From the NCBI GenBank assembly GCA_964536215.1, contig CAZHWT010000001.1, forward strand, positions 15,671 through 79,670: a stretch of 64,000 bases of DNA, in the 5' to 3' direction. This document shows, piece by piece, positions 1-8,058 of the stretch. The stretch comes from an uncultured Candidatus Saccharibacteria bacterium. Its GTDB lineage: Bacteria; Patescibacteriota; CAZHWT01. Below the pieces are notes generated by a model that worked only from the letters and a program-made list of their open reading frames with translations, made no database searches and was not told where the DNA came from. How positions within the stretch are numbered: position 1 is the first letter of the stretch; each line of letters begins with the position of its first letter. Made by a program: the position numbers and the translations under genes.

Positions 1-366
1 GATTTGCAGAGCAGCGCAATCATAGCCGAAGTAAGGCTGACCGATCTATTTACTTTAGCTCAGCCAAAGCAGTTTGTGCCTCTACCAAAATATCCAGCAG
101 TAGAAGAAGATTTATCGCTATTGGTAGATGAAACAAAGCAGCTAGGGCCAGTCCTCGAGCAGATTGCGTCCAGCCAGCCGTTCGTTGAAACTATTGCCGT
201 AGTGGAAGTGTATCGCCACCCATCGCTAGGCGAGCACAAAAAATCTCCGCTCATTCACCTTGCCTACCGCAAGCCAGATGGAACATTATCAGCTAATGAG
301 GTGGCCGAAGTCCGCCAGCACATTATCGCCACATTAACCAAGGAGGATATTCATGTCAGAGAGTAA
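1..366 (+). CDS. pheT: Phenylalanyl-tRNA synthetase beta subunit, C-terminal fragment. Gene starts upstream of the window.
   Basis: C-terminal anticodon-binding (FDX-ACB-like) pattern in ORF 4..366: VEVYRHPSLGEHKKSPLIHLAYRKPDGTLSANEV, typical of PheT C-termini. The ORF has no start inside the window. Confidence 0.55.
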   Translation, partial: DLQSSAIIAEVRLTDLFTLAQPKQFVPLPKYPAVEEDLSLLVDETKQLGPVLEQIASSQPFVETIAVVEVYRHPSLGEHKKSPLIHLAYRKPDGTLSANEVAEVRQHIIATLTKEDIHVRE

Positions 367-1465
367 GTCTCATACCCGCCCGTTAAAAATTGCCATTTTC
401 GTGGGAGGATCTGGTACCCGATTGTGGCCCATGAGCCGAAAATCTTTCCCTAAGCAATTCCAGAAAATTGTAGGAGAGAAGACAATGTTCCAACAGATGA
501 TTGACCACGTTTTAGCTGGCTACTCTCCAGACGACATCTTTATCTCGACCGCTAAAGAATACGTCGACGAAGTAATCCTGCAGGCGCCAATGCTTAACCC
601 GGATCATATCATCGCTGAGCCAATGCTGCGCGACACTACGGCGGCCGTTGGCTATGCGGCTGTTCATATTGCCAAACGCTTCCCGGACAGTCTTATGGCG
701 ACTATATGGGGCGGCGACCACCTGGTTCGTAATCGGGCTAACTTTATAAAATCTTTTGATACGGCCCATACGTTAGTAGAGAAAGAAAACGTGACGGTGC
801 AGATAAACGTCCGGCCCACTTCTCCTAGCACCGCACTTGGCTATGTTGAAGTTGGGACTCCGGCCTTTGCCGAATATGGCAAGAATATCTACCATTTTAT
901 TCGCCAGGTAGAAAAGCCCGATGCAGCTACCGCCCGAACATTTTTGTCATCGGTCAATTATTTATGGCACTCTGGCTATCGGGTTTGGGACCTTCAGACG
1001 CTGATGCAATTGTACAAACAGCATGTGCCCGAGACGTACCAGGCTTTAATGAACATCAAGGCAGCGTTGGATACCGATCACGAGTCGGAAACAGTGGCCG
1101 AAGAGTATAGCAAGATTGTTAAAAAGTCGATTGATTACACTATTTTTGAGCACTTGGATCCAGATGGGCAGGCAGTCATAGCAGCTGACCTGGGCTGGAA
1201 TGATATTGGCACTTGGCAGGTTCTGCATGATGAGCTAGCTGATAAAGTGACCGATAATGTTACGCAGGGCCAAACTGTTTTAATTGATACTGAAGGTAGT
1301 TTGGTCTATGGCCAAGCCAACAAAATAGTCGCCGTGGTTGGCATGGAAGACGTTGTTGTCGTTGACACTGACGACGCTTTGCTGGTTATTCCCAAAGATC
1401 GAGCCAGCGAAGTTAAGCTAGTCATTGAAGAGTTGAAAGAAAAAAAACTGGACAGGTATTTGTAA
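353..1465 (+). CDS. manC: Mannose-1-phosphate guanylyltransferase (GDP-mannose pyrophosphorylase)
   Basis: N-terminal nucleotidyltransferase motif IFVGGSGTRLWPMSR. Length 370 aa. The start overlaps the pheT end. Confidence 0.7.
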   Translation: MSESKSHTRPLKIAIFVGGSGTRLWPMSRKSFPKQFQKIVGEKTMFQQMIDHVLAGYSPDDIFISTAKEYVDEVILQAPMLNPDHIIAEPMLRDTTAAVGYAAVHIAKRFPDSLMATIWGGDHLVRNRANFIKSFDTAHTLVEKENVTVQINVRPTSPSTALGYVEVGTPAFAEYGKNIYHFIRQVEKPDAATARTFLSSVNYLWHSGYRVWDLQTLMQLYKQHVPETYQALMNIKAALDTDHESETVAEEYSKIVKKSIDYTIFEHLDPDGQAVIAADLGWNDIGTWQVLHDELADKVTDNVTQGQTVLIDTEGSLVYGQANKIVAVVGMEDVVVVDTDDALLVIPKDRASEVKLVIEELKEKKLDRYL

Positions 1466-1512
1466 TACTTCCAATATTTTCTGTCTGACTCAATAAGCTC
1501 TGCATCTGCATA

Positions 1513-1540
1513 AATGGCTATTTAAATAGCCATTTATGCC
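1513..1540. terminator. Perfect palindromic hairpin (aaatggctatttaaatagccattt) between the convergent manC and PBP genes. Likely a bidirectional terminator.
   Basis: Perfect inverted repeat flanked by A/T runs, located between convergent gene ends. Confidence 0.45.
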
Positions 1541-1659
1541 AACATTCCCAATAAAGAGGTTGTAGTTAATAAAATTAGACCATCTAGATGGAAGCGGTTG
1601 AATCCATTCACCTAGCAGATGGAAGCAGAAAGTGGTTTTGTCGAGGGCGACTGGATGTT

Positions 1660-4347
1660 CTAACGGGCAGGAAGAGCCTGGATGCGGGGAGCGAGACTGA
1701 TTGGCCAGCTAGTGGGCGCTGGTAGGGCACTCATTGGTTGAGGATTGGCTCCGACACTGCCTTCGCCGCCAAAGTTAATAGTGATAGAAGCGGAGCCTTC
1801 ATTGCCGTTGGAATCAATGGCCTTTACACCCACCGTATGACTACCGCTCGTGCTCTTGGGTAAATTATACGTGTACTCATAGGGTATGGAGGTTGTAGAG
1901 CTGACCGGCACGTCATCTAGCAAGAACGTAACTTTGGTAATGACGCCGGCTGAAGCAACGTTTGCTTTAACGGTAAACTTGGTACCAACCCGCTGCCCGT
2001 TGGTAGGAGAGGTAATAGTAACGGTTGGGACATCGCCGGCCGTGTGGTACAAGGTTGACGTTTCGGTTGGACATCCCCATGGTGCGCCTTGTTTCTGCAT
2101 CCATTCGTTAGTGTACGATTGCCAGGCAGCTACTGGCTCTTCCAGTTGGGTGCAGACGACTGTTTGAGCATTGCCAGTGGCAATTGTGGCAGAGTTGGCT
2201 AGCTTGCCATTATCCTTATCTATCTGAACCTGTTTAGAGAAGGTGTCGACTTGGGTTGGCTCGGTGCCAGCGACAAAGATTTCTTTCTTGGTCTTAGAGT
2301 AGGGGCCAGGTAGCATGCCAGATATAGCGTCAATTGTTACCTCGGTAATGCCTGATGGCCGCTTAAATTGCTCAACCGGAGTCCCATCCAGAGCTCGCTT
2401 CATAAAGCCGTTCCAGATTGGCGTAGCTCCGGTGGAACCTTGAATACCGTTCATAGGCGTACGGTCAAAGTTTCCTACCCATACAGCTGTGGACAGCGAA
2501 GGCGTGTAGCCAATCGTCCAGGCGTCCCAGTTTTCGTCGGTGGTACCAGTTTTGACGGCAGCTGGACGGCCGATTTCCAGCTTGTTATGGGCGCCAAATA
2601 AGCGTTGACGGGCAGCATTATCCGATAAAATATTCGACAGCAAGTAAACATATTTAGAGTCCACAACCTTCTTGCCTTCGCCGGGCTTGTATTCGTCGAG
2701 TACTTTGCCTGACGGATCTTCTACCTTAAGAATAGCAGTTAACGGTTGCTGCACCCCTTGATTGGCAAAGGTGGAGTACACTTGGGCCATGTCAAACGGA
2801 GTGGCTTCGGCTGAACCTAGGGCTAAAGACAACCCGTACGTTTTAGGATCGTTCATTGAAGTGATGCCTAGCTTGTGAGCCAGGTCCAACATGTTATCTA
2901 TACCTACCATGCCCAACATCTTAACGGCCGGAATGTTGCGGGAGTTAGACAGAGCAACTCTGGGTTGCAATGGTCCCCAGAAGTTGTTGGTGGAGTTGCC
3001 CGGACAATACGGTGGTTCGCCGCCAAAACAAGTGGGCACATCGCCCAGATAAGTACCCAAAGTATACCCTTTGGTAAAAGCGGTCAGGTAGGTAATTGGT
3101 TTGATTGATGAGCCGGGTTGACGCGGACGCTGAATGACGTCTACCTGCCCCTGGTGTTCAGTATCGTTAAAATCTTCGGAACCGACGTAGGCTAAAATTT
3201 CGCCAGTTTTGGGGTCAGAGGCGATGAGGCCGGCATTGCTGGCATTAGCCTTAGCTTTAGCCAGATTGGCGATCTGCTTTTTTACTTCTTCCTCGGCGAT
3301 GACCTGTTTATCATAGTCTAACGTGGTGGTAATTTTAAGGCCGCCTTGCTCGACCGTCTTGGTGCCGTACTGAGCCTCGAGTAGCTGGCGGACATACATA
3401 ACAAAGTGCGGCGCCTTTATATTGTTGGTTCGACCATTAACAAAGGCTAACTCCTGCTTCTCAGCTTCTTCTTTTTGTTTAGCCGTAATTTTGCCTTTAT
3501 CTTCCATCTGGTCAAGCACATAGTGCTGGCGACCGTAGGCCGCATCGGGATTAGTGAATGGATTGTAGCGAGTCGGGGACTGCAACATACCAGCCAGCAG
3601 GGCCGCTTCCGGCAGCTTTAACTCTTTGGCCGTCTTTCCAAAGTAATGATGAGCTGCAGCCTCGATGCCATAGGCGGTGCCACCGTAGGGCATTTCGTTG
3701 AGATAGATTTGCAGAATGTCGTCTTTAGAGTACTTGCGCTCAATCTGGATGGCCAGGATAAGTTCTTTTATTTTACGAATGGGCGTCTGCCGAGCGTCTT
3801 CCAAAATAACGTTCTTAACTAGCTGTTGAGTAATCGTCGAACCGCCACCTTCAATAGAGCGGCTGGTAATATCTTTAAACAGGGCCATTAGGATGCCTTT
3901 AACGTCAAAGCCTTGGTGCTGGTAAAAGCTAGCATCCTCTGCGGCAATGGTAGCGTCTTTGACCTCTTTGGGAATATCTTCCAACTTAAGCAGCGTCCGG
4001 TCATGTTCGCCGTCGTAAATATCGTAGAGTAATTTGCCATTACGATCATAAATTTTGGTCGACTGAGCTACTTCGCGCTGCGTCAGTTTGTCTGGCGAAG
4101 GCAGATCTCGAGAAAAATAGGCAAAGACACCAATAACGCCAATGGTCATAGTAATGGCCATTATTAGGGCGACTGTGGCTGTAATTGTGAGAAAGCGGGC
4201 TCGGCGAGTTCGCTGGCGAGACTTAACGGCAGCCGAGCGACGACGCACCGCACCAGTAGTAGACAGGGTACTTAATCGGCGGCGGCGTTTTGGCATAAGA
4301 GAAGTGATAAAAGAGGGGAGAGTCATGCGATAAAGTGAAACAGACAA
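1660..4347 (-). CDS. Class A penicillin-binding protein (bifunctional transglycosylase/transpeptidase, PBP1A-like) with C-terminal Ig-like domain
   Basis: N-terminal basic region plus a TM helix. GT51 motifs (EDASFYQHQG, GGSTITQQLVKN). Transpeptidase SxxK/KTGT region (AVKTGTTDE). C-terminal repeat/Ig-like segment. 895 aa. Confidence 0.85.
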   Translation of the reverse strand: MSVSLYRMTLPSFITSLMPKRRRRLSTLSTTGAVRRRSAAVKSRQRTRRARFLTITATVALIMAITMTIGVIGVFAYFSRDLPSPDKLTQREVAQSTKIYDRNGKLLYDIYDGEHDRTLLKLEDIPKEVKDATIAAEDASFYQHQGFDVKGILMALFKDITSRSIEGGGSTITQQLVKNVILEDARQTPIRKIKELILAIQIERKYSKDDILQIYLNEMPYGGTAYGIEAAAHHYFGKTAKELKLPEAALLAGMLQSPTRYNPFTNPDAAYGRQHYVLDQMEDKGKITAKQKEEAEKQELAFVNGRTNNIKAPHFVMYVRQLLEAQYGTKTVEQGGLKITTTLDYDKQVIAEEEVKKQIANLAKAKANASNAGLIASDPKTGEILAYVGSEDFNDTEHQGQVDVIQRPRQPGSSIKPITYLTAFTKGYTLGTYLGDVPTCFGGEPPYCPGNSTNNFWGPLQPRVALSNSRNIPAVKMLGMVGIDNMLDLAHKLGITSMNDPKTYGLSLALGSAEATPFDMAQVYSTFANQGVQQPLTAILKVEDPSGKVLDEYKPGEGKKVVDSKYVYLLSNILSDNAARQRLFGAHNKLEIGRPAAVKTGTTDENWDAWTIGYTPSLSTAVWVGNFDRTPMNGIQGSTGATPIWNGFMKRALDGTPVEQFKRPSGITEVTIDAISGMLPGPYSKTKKEIFVAGTEPTQVDTFSKQVQIDKDNGKLANSATIATGNAQTVVCTQLEEPVAAWQSYTNEWMQKQGAPWGCPTETSTLYHTAGDVPTVTITSPTNGQRVGTKFTVKANVASAGVITKVTFLLDDVPVSSTTSIPYEYTYNLPKSTSGSHTVGVKAIDSNGNEGSASITINFGGEGSVGANPQPMSALPAPTSWPISLAPRIQALPAR

Positions 4348-4443
4348 TATTATATCATAGTGGTGGGATTATCTGTGATATAATAGAGGAAATTGAATGG
4401 CGAGTACAAAGCTGGACAGCTTTCAAAATGCGGAAATAGAAAT

Positions 4444-4542
4444 TTGAAATACGAAACAAATCCGAAGAGCAAATATCAAAGCAGCACTAATTTTTCTGGT
4501 ATCTGATTTTAAGTTTGTTTCGCATCTCATATTTCGACATTT
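4444..4542. repeat. ~100 nt imperfect palindromic AT-rich element (GAAATACGAAACAA ... TTGTTTCGCATTTC arms) upstream of tyrS
   Basis: Inverted arms ~60 nt apart. A near-identical element is found downstream of tyrS at 5859..5951. Confidence 0.5.
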
Positions 4543-4569
4543 CGTTTTTCGCTTTACCCTCTCCGCTTT

Positions 4570-5799
4570 GTGCTCAGGTTCTATACTATGCCAAATACCA
4601 ATCACCACCAATTAATAACTCGGGCCATTGATACGATTTTACCTACCCCGGCCGCTTTTGAGCAATTGCTGGATAAAGCGGAAGCCGAAGGTCGCCAACT
4701 GCGCGGGTATTACGGGATTGATCCGACATCACCTCATTTACACATTGGCCATACTGTCGGCATGAATGCTTTAGCGCGCTTTCAACAGGCCGGACATAAG
4801 GCTATTTTGCTGATTGGTGATTTTACCGGTAGATTAGGGGATCCGGACAAGCTATCCATCCGCCAGCCATTAACCAAGGAACAGGTTGAGGCTAACATGG
4901 CTACCTACCTAGAGCAGGTTGGAACTATTTTGGATTTTGACGGCGATAACCCAGTGGAGGTGCGTTACAACTCGGAGTGGAGCGACACCATGCGCTTTGA
5001 GGAGATTGTAAAGCTGGCGGCACACTTTACGGTTCAGCAGATGTTAGAGCGGGATATGTTTCAGCGGCGAATTGAGGAGCAGCGGCCAATTTCACTGTCC
5101 GAATTCTTTTATCCGTTAATGCAAGGGTATGACGCAGTGGCTTTAGAGGCCGACGTACAATTTGGGGGTACTGATCAGATTTTTAATATGCTGGCTGGCC
5201 GGACACTTAATCGTGTTTTGGCCGATCGGGAGATGATGGTAGTAGCCGTACCACTGCTAGCGGATGGTAATGGGGTTAAAATTGGCAAAACCATGGGTAA
5301 CGCTATTAATATTGATAATCCGCCTAATGAACTGTACGGCCAGATGATGAGCTTGCCGGACGAAGTAATTGTGCCGGGCCTGACATTACTAACCGAGGCA
5401 CCTGAAGATGAGATCGCTCAAACAGCTACCAGATTAAAGGCTGGCGATAATCCCATGGCGGCCAAAAAGCGGCTGGCCTGGCTGATTATTGAGAAGTATC
5501 ATGGCCAGTCATCGGCGGATAGCGCTCAGTCTCATTTTGAGCATACTGTTCAGGGCGGATCTGCTCCTGAACAAATTGAGGACCGAGTTTTGGATCGGGC
5601 TGATTGGGATATTGTTGATCTACTGGTAGAGCTTGGACTGACTGATAGCAAAGCCCAAGCCCGGCGGTTGTTTGAGCAGGGTGGCATTGAAGTGGACGAG
5701 CAACGCCTAACCGAGCGGCAAGTGCATATTGATGATAAAATTCTGTTGAAGGTAGGGAAGAGGACTTATCTGAATGTGCACGTGTCTAGGGAAGCGTAA
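4570..5799 (+). CDS. tyrS: Tyrosyl-tRNA synthetase. The ORF begins at GTG 4570; ATG 4588 (MPNTN...) is an alternative start.
   Basis: Class I HIGH motif (PHLHIGHTV). KMSKS-like KIGKTMGN. C-terminal S4 RNA-binding domain. Confidence 0.85.
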   Translation: MLRFYTMPNTNHHQLITRAIDTILPTPAAFEQLLDKAEAEGRQLRGYYGIDPTSPHLHIGHTVGMNALARFQQAGHKAILLIGDFTGRLGDPDKLSIRQPLTKEQVEANMATYLEQVGTILDFDGDNPVEVRYNSEWSDTMRFEEIVKLAAHFTVQQMLERDMFQRRIEEQRPISLSEFFYPLMQGYDAVALEADVQFGGTDQIFNMLAGRTLNRVLADREMMVVAVPLLADGNGVKIGKTMGNAINIDNPPNELYGQMMSLPDEVIVPGLTLLTEAPEDEIAQTATRLKAGDNPMAAKKRLAWLIIEKYHGQSSADSAQSHFEHTVQGGSAPEQIEDRVLDRADWDIVDLLVELGLTDSKAQARRLFEQGGIEVDEQRLTERQVHIDDKILLKVGKRTYLNVHVSREA

Positions 5800-5858
5800 A
5801 ACTTAGAGCTGAGAGCGTAAAGCCACAATGCAAAGTAACTAAAATAAGAATTTAGAAA

Positions 5859-5951
5859 ATCGAAATACGAATCAACCTCGAAATCAGAATATTTAAATGA
5901 AAATGTCACATTATACTGTTCGTTTTTCTCATTTGTTTCGTATTTCAATTT
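5859..5951. repeat. Second copy of the GAAATACGAA-CAA / TTGTTTCGTATTTC palindromic element, downstream of tyrS
   Basis: Arms cgaaatacgaatcaacctcgaaatcag and ctgttcgtttttctcatttgtttcgtatttc are reverse complements of each other and match the 4444..4542 element. Confidence 0.5.
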
Positions 5952-6035
5952 TCTAGATGCTATATTTGCCAACTTTTAGCTTTGGATTTGCGCTATACAT
6001 ATTTGCGCTTTTAACTTGCTTGAAAGGATCTTTTT

Positions 6036-6155
6036 ATGCCATCGTCTACACCAAAACATCATCGGGTAATATTCTCAATCGTCCTAGTTATTTCTATTTT
6101 GGCGATTGTTCTCTTTTCATTGTCCCCACTATTTATGGCTCAGAACTATCAATAG
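6036..6155 (+). CDS. Candidate 39-aa small hydrophobic peptide (MPSSTPKHHRVIFSIVLVISILAIVLFSLSPLFMAQNYQ). Basic N-terminus plus a single TM helix, resembling a type I toxin or small membrane protein.
   Basis: ATG preceded by gaaaggatc (SD-like) 8 nt upstream. Uninterrupted 39-codon frame. Below the 60-aa cutoff of the ORF track. Confidence 0.2.
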   Translation: MPSSTPKHHRVIFSIVLVISILAIVLFSLSPLFMAQNYQ

Positions 6156-6292
6156 GTGGTAGCTAGGGGGTGGCAAGAAAACCTCGCTCCTCGTACCCTC
6201 GTGAATGAGTTTGACGCAGGTCAGAACGTCTTTTATACTATGTATATGTCTCTAGTTCGACAGACAGCTTTTTGGTTTTACTTTAACCGGAT

Positions 6293-6376
6293 TCAGTTCG
6301 CGGAGGTAAGAGTGTAGCCTATAAGAAAAGTTAGCAATAAACGGTTTTAACTCTCCCTCCCGGGGGAGTTTTTTAT
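6293..6376 (+). ncRNA. sRNA-like / attenuator-like element E1: conserved 5' motif CGGAGGTAAGAGTGTAGCCTA, AT-rich spacer, GC hairpin (ctccctcccgggggag) plus T-run terminator
   Basis: Paralogous to the element at 7376..7464 (same 5' motif, same spacing, terminator with tccc loop). Sits upstream of the small-ORF cassette. Confidence 0.3.
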
Positions 6377-6656
6377 TGCTACGAACAATGGGGCATCCGC
6401 TTATCCGACATTCCTAACATGCCATTTTCTATGATCACTAGGCACCCCAGGATACCCCGGTATGAGTTAGGAATTATGAATTACGAATTACGAGTTACGA
6501 GGAACGAATAAACGGACGAGTAGGCAAAATTAAAATTGGAATAAGAGCCAAAAACAAAAAACTACTTTTGAGAGGCGGATAGGATGTTGCCCCGTTGAGA
6601 GGCGGGCAACCTCTGTCCAAGGAAGGTTGAGAGAGGAAAGGAAGGGGGAGAGGCGT

Positions 6657-6938
6657 ATGTCATACGCTGAGCTGGCAGAAGTTGGCCTATTATTAGTGGC
6701 AGCAAGCTGGCTAGGCTGGACTTACTGTCGCTGGGAGCCGGGTTGGAGGTGGCATGAGGCGCTGGCCATAGTGATCATAGAGATGCTTCTGGCTCACCGC
6801 ATGGCCCAGTCGCATTCCTGGTCAGACTATCTTACTCGGCTATTCTGGCTAAATACCACACTTTTGTTGGTGTGGCTAACACTCCGCTTGGGCCATCGCA
6901 GTGGTGCACTAGAAGGGGAAGACAATGGGGTTGATTAA
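6657..6938 (+). CDS. Hypothetical small membrane protein (2-3 TM; MSYAELAEVGLLLVAASWLGW...)
   Basis: ATG 6657 is preceded by a purine-rich SD (aggaagggggagagg). Local GC is higher than in surrounding DNA. Stop overlaps the start of the next ORF (ATGGGGTTGATTAA). Confidence 0.35.
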   Translation: MSYAELAEVGLLLVAASWLGWTYCRWEPGWRWHEALAIVIIEMLLAHRMAQSHSWSDYLTRLFWLNTTLLLVWLTLRLGHRSGALEGEDNGVD

Positions 6939-7161
6939 CCAAATAACGTCTAAGGGACGCGAAGCTGAGGTGTTACCGCGACGACCAAGTGACCCAGCTA
7001 ACGTTCAGGCGCTTTGGCGACCAGGGCAGCTTCGCTATCGGGCTATCTGCCCAGATTGCGGACTGACTCAAGCGTCGCCTTCACTCAGATCGTCCGATGC
7101 TGAGGATTGGCTTCAGGCTCACCGTATACAGTGCGGCAGTCTCAGTCCAGCCTGCGACTGA
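6925..7161 (+). CDS. Hypothetical Cys-rich small protein (CPDCG ... HRIQCGSLSPAC), possible zinc ribbon
   Basis: Translationally coupled to the upstream ORF. Four cysteines in a CxxC...C...C arrangement. Confidence 0.3.
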   Translation: MGLINQITSKGREAEVLPRRPSDPANVQALWRPGQLRYRAICPDCGLTQASPSLRSSDAEDWLQAHRIQCGSLSPACD

Positions 7162-7375
7162 GCTATGCCTTATGGCGGAACAGTTTCTGTTCCGCCAACT
7201 TTTATAAAAAAGGATAATGAAGCATAAACATCCCAACCTTACGCCTGCTACCTGGCTACCTTGCAATCTTGCAACCTAAAGTCATTTGACATCTCTCGCT
7301 CAGAGGCGGATAATACGTGCCATGCACCAGCCAGGCATACAAACGATTACCACCATTAAGATTAAGATGACCGGA

Positions 7376-7464
7376 ACGAAAGTTTACGGAGGTAAGAGTT
7401 TAGCCTAGCCATTTTTTAAATTTAGAAATCGACTAAAAGCTCTTCCTCCCGGAAGAGCTTTTTT
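7376..7464 (+). ncRNA. sRNA-like / attenuator-like element E2 (paralog of E1): ACGGAGGTAAGAGTTTAGCCTA ... gctcttcctcccggaagagc plus T6
   Basis: Same conserved motif and the same architecture as 6293..6376. 8-bp stem with tccc loop followed by tttttt. Confidence 0.3.
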
Positions 7465-7602
7465 AATTTGCAGTATGTTGAGGAGGTAGAAATGGGAAGG
7501 TAAGCATAAAGGTAAAAGCGGTTTCAGCTGATGCGCTTTAAGATCTTAGAGCGCATCATTGGCACCGTGGGCACCGAAAGAGACATTCAAAAGGAGACGG
7601 AG

Positions 7603-7914
7603 ATGGCTAGTATTACTGGCCAATCAATTCAAACGTCGCTGCTAGTAGTCAGGACGCAAGCCATGCATCGGATCATTTGCCATTGCCGAGAGAGAGGGCC
7701 GAGAGATGGCCGGCTGAGACCAACTCTGTGTCAGATGCAGCATCGAGACTTGGCTGAAGTCTGCCTTATGCTGCAACAACACTGGCAGGAGAATCATCCC
7801 GAACTGATGATTGAGCCGGTCATGTTTCATAGCATGAGCCGGGCCAAGTTGCTGACATGGCTGAGAGGGTCTGGCTATGACGTCCAGCAGTACCCAGTAG
7901 AGGAGAGAGTCTAG
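7603..7914 (+). CDS. Hypothetical protein (ORF track 7531..7914; probable start at ATG 7603 after aaggagacggag)
   Basis: Good SD before ATG 7603. Followed immediately by a strong hairpin terminator. Confidence 0.35.
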   Translation: MASITGQSIQTSLLVVRTQAMHRIICHCRERGPRDGRLRPTLCQMQHRDLAEVCLMLQQHWQENHPELMIEPVMFHSMSRAKLLTWLRGSGYDVQQYPVEERV

Positions 7915-7915
7915 T

Positions 7916-7943
7916 TGGGGCAAAAACAACGCTGTTTTTGCCC
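7916..7943. terminator. Hairpin ggggcaaaaacaacgctgtttttgcccc (12-bp stem)
   Basis: Perfect inverted repeat directly after the stop codon at 7914. Confidence 0.55.
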
Positions 7944-7974
7944 CTTTCCCTTGACTGGAATGCTACGAATGGGT

Positions 7975-8052
7975 TTTTAGTTTGTGGTTTATAGTTTATA
8001 GTTATACGAATGATACGAATTGCCATAACCCATTAACGATAAACGATAAACG
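7975..8052. repeat. AT-rich short tandem repeats (ggtttttagtttgtggtttatagtttatag ... acgataaacgataaacgaat)
   Basis: Member of the dispersed GGTTTATGG/TAGTTTAT and CGATAAA 7-mer repeat family. Also seen at 32385-32500, 44976-45010, 45575-45620, 47535-47565 and 54634-54720. Confidence 0.6.
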
Positions 8053-8058
8053 AATTAT

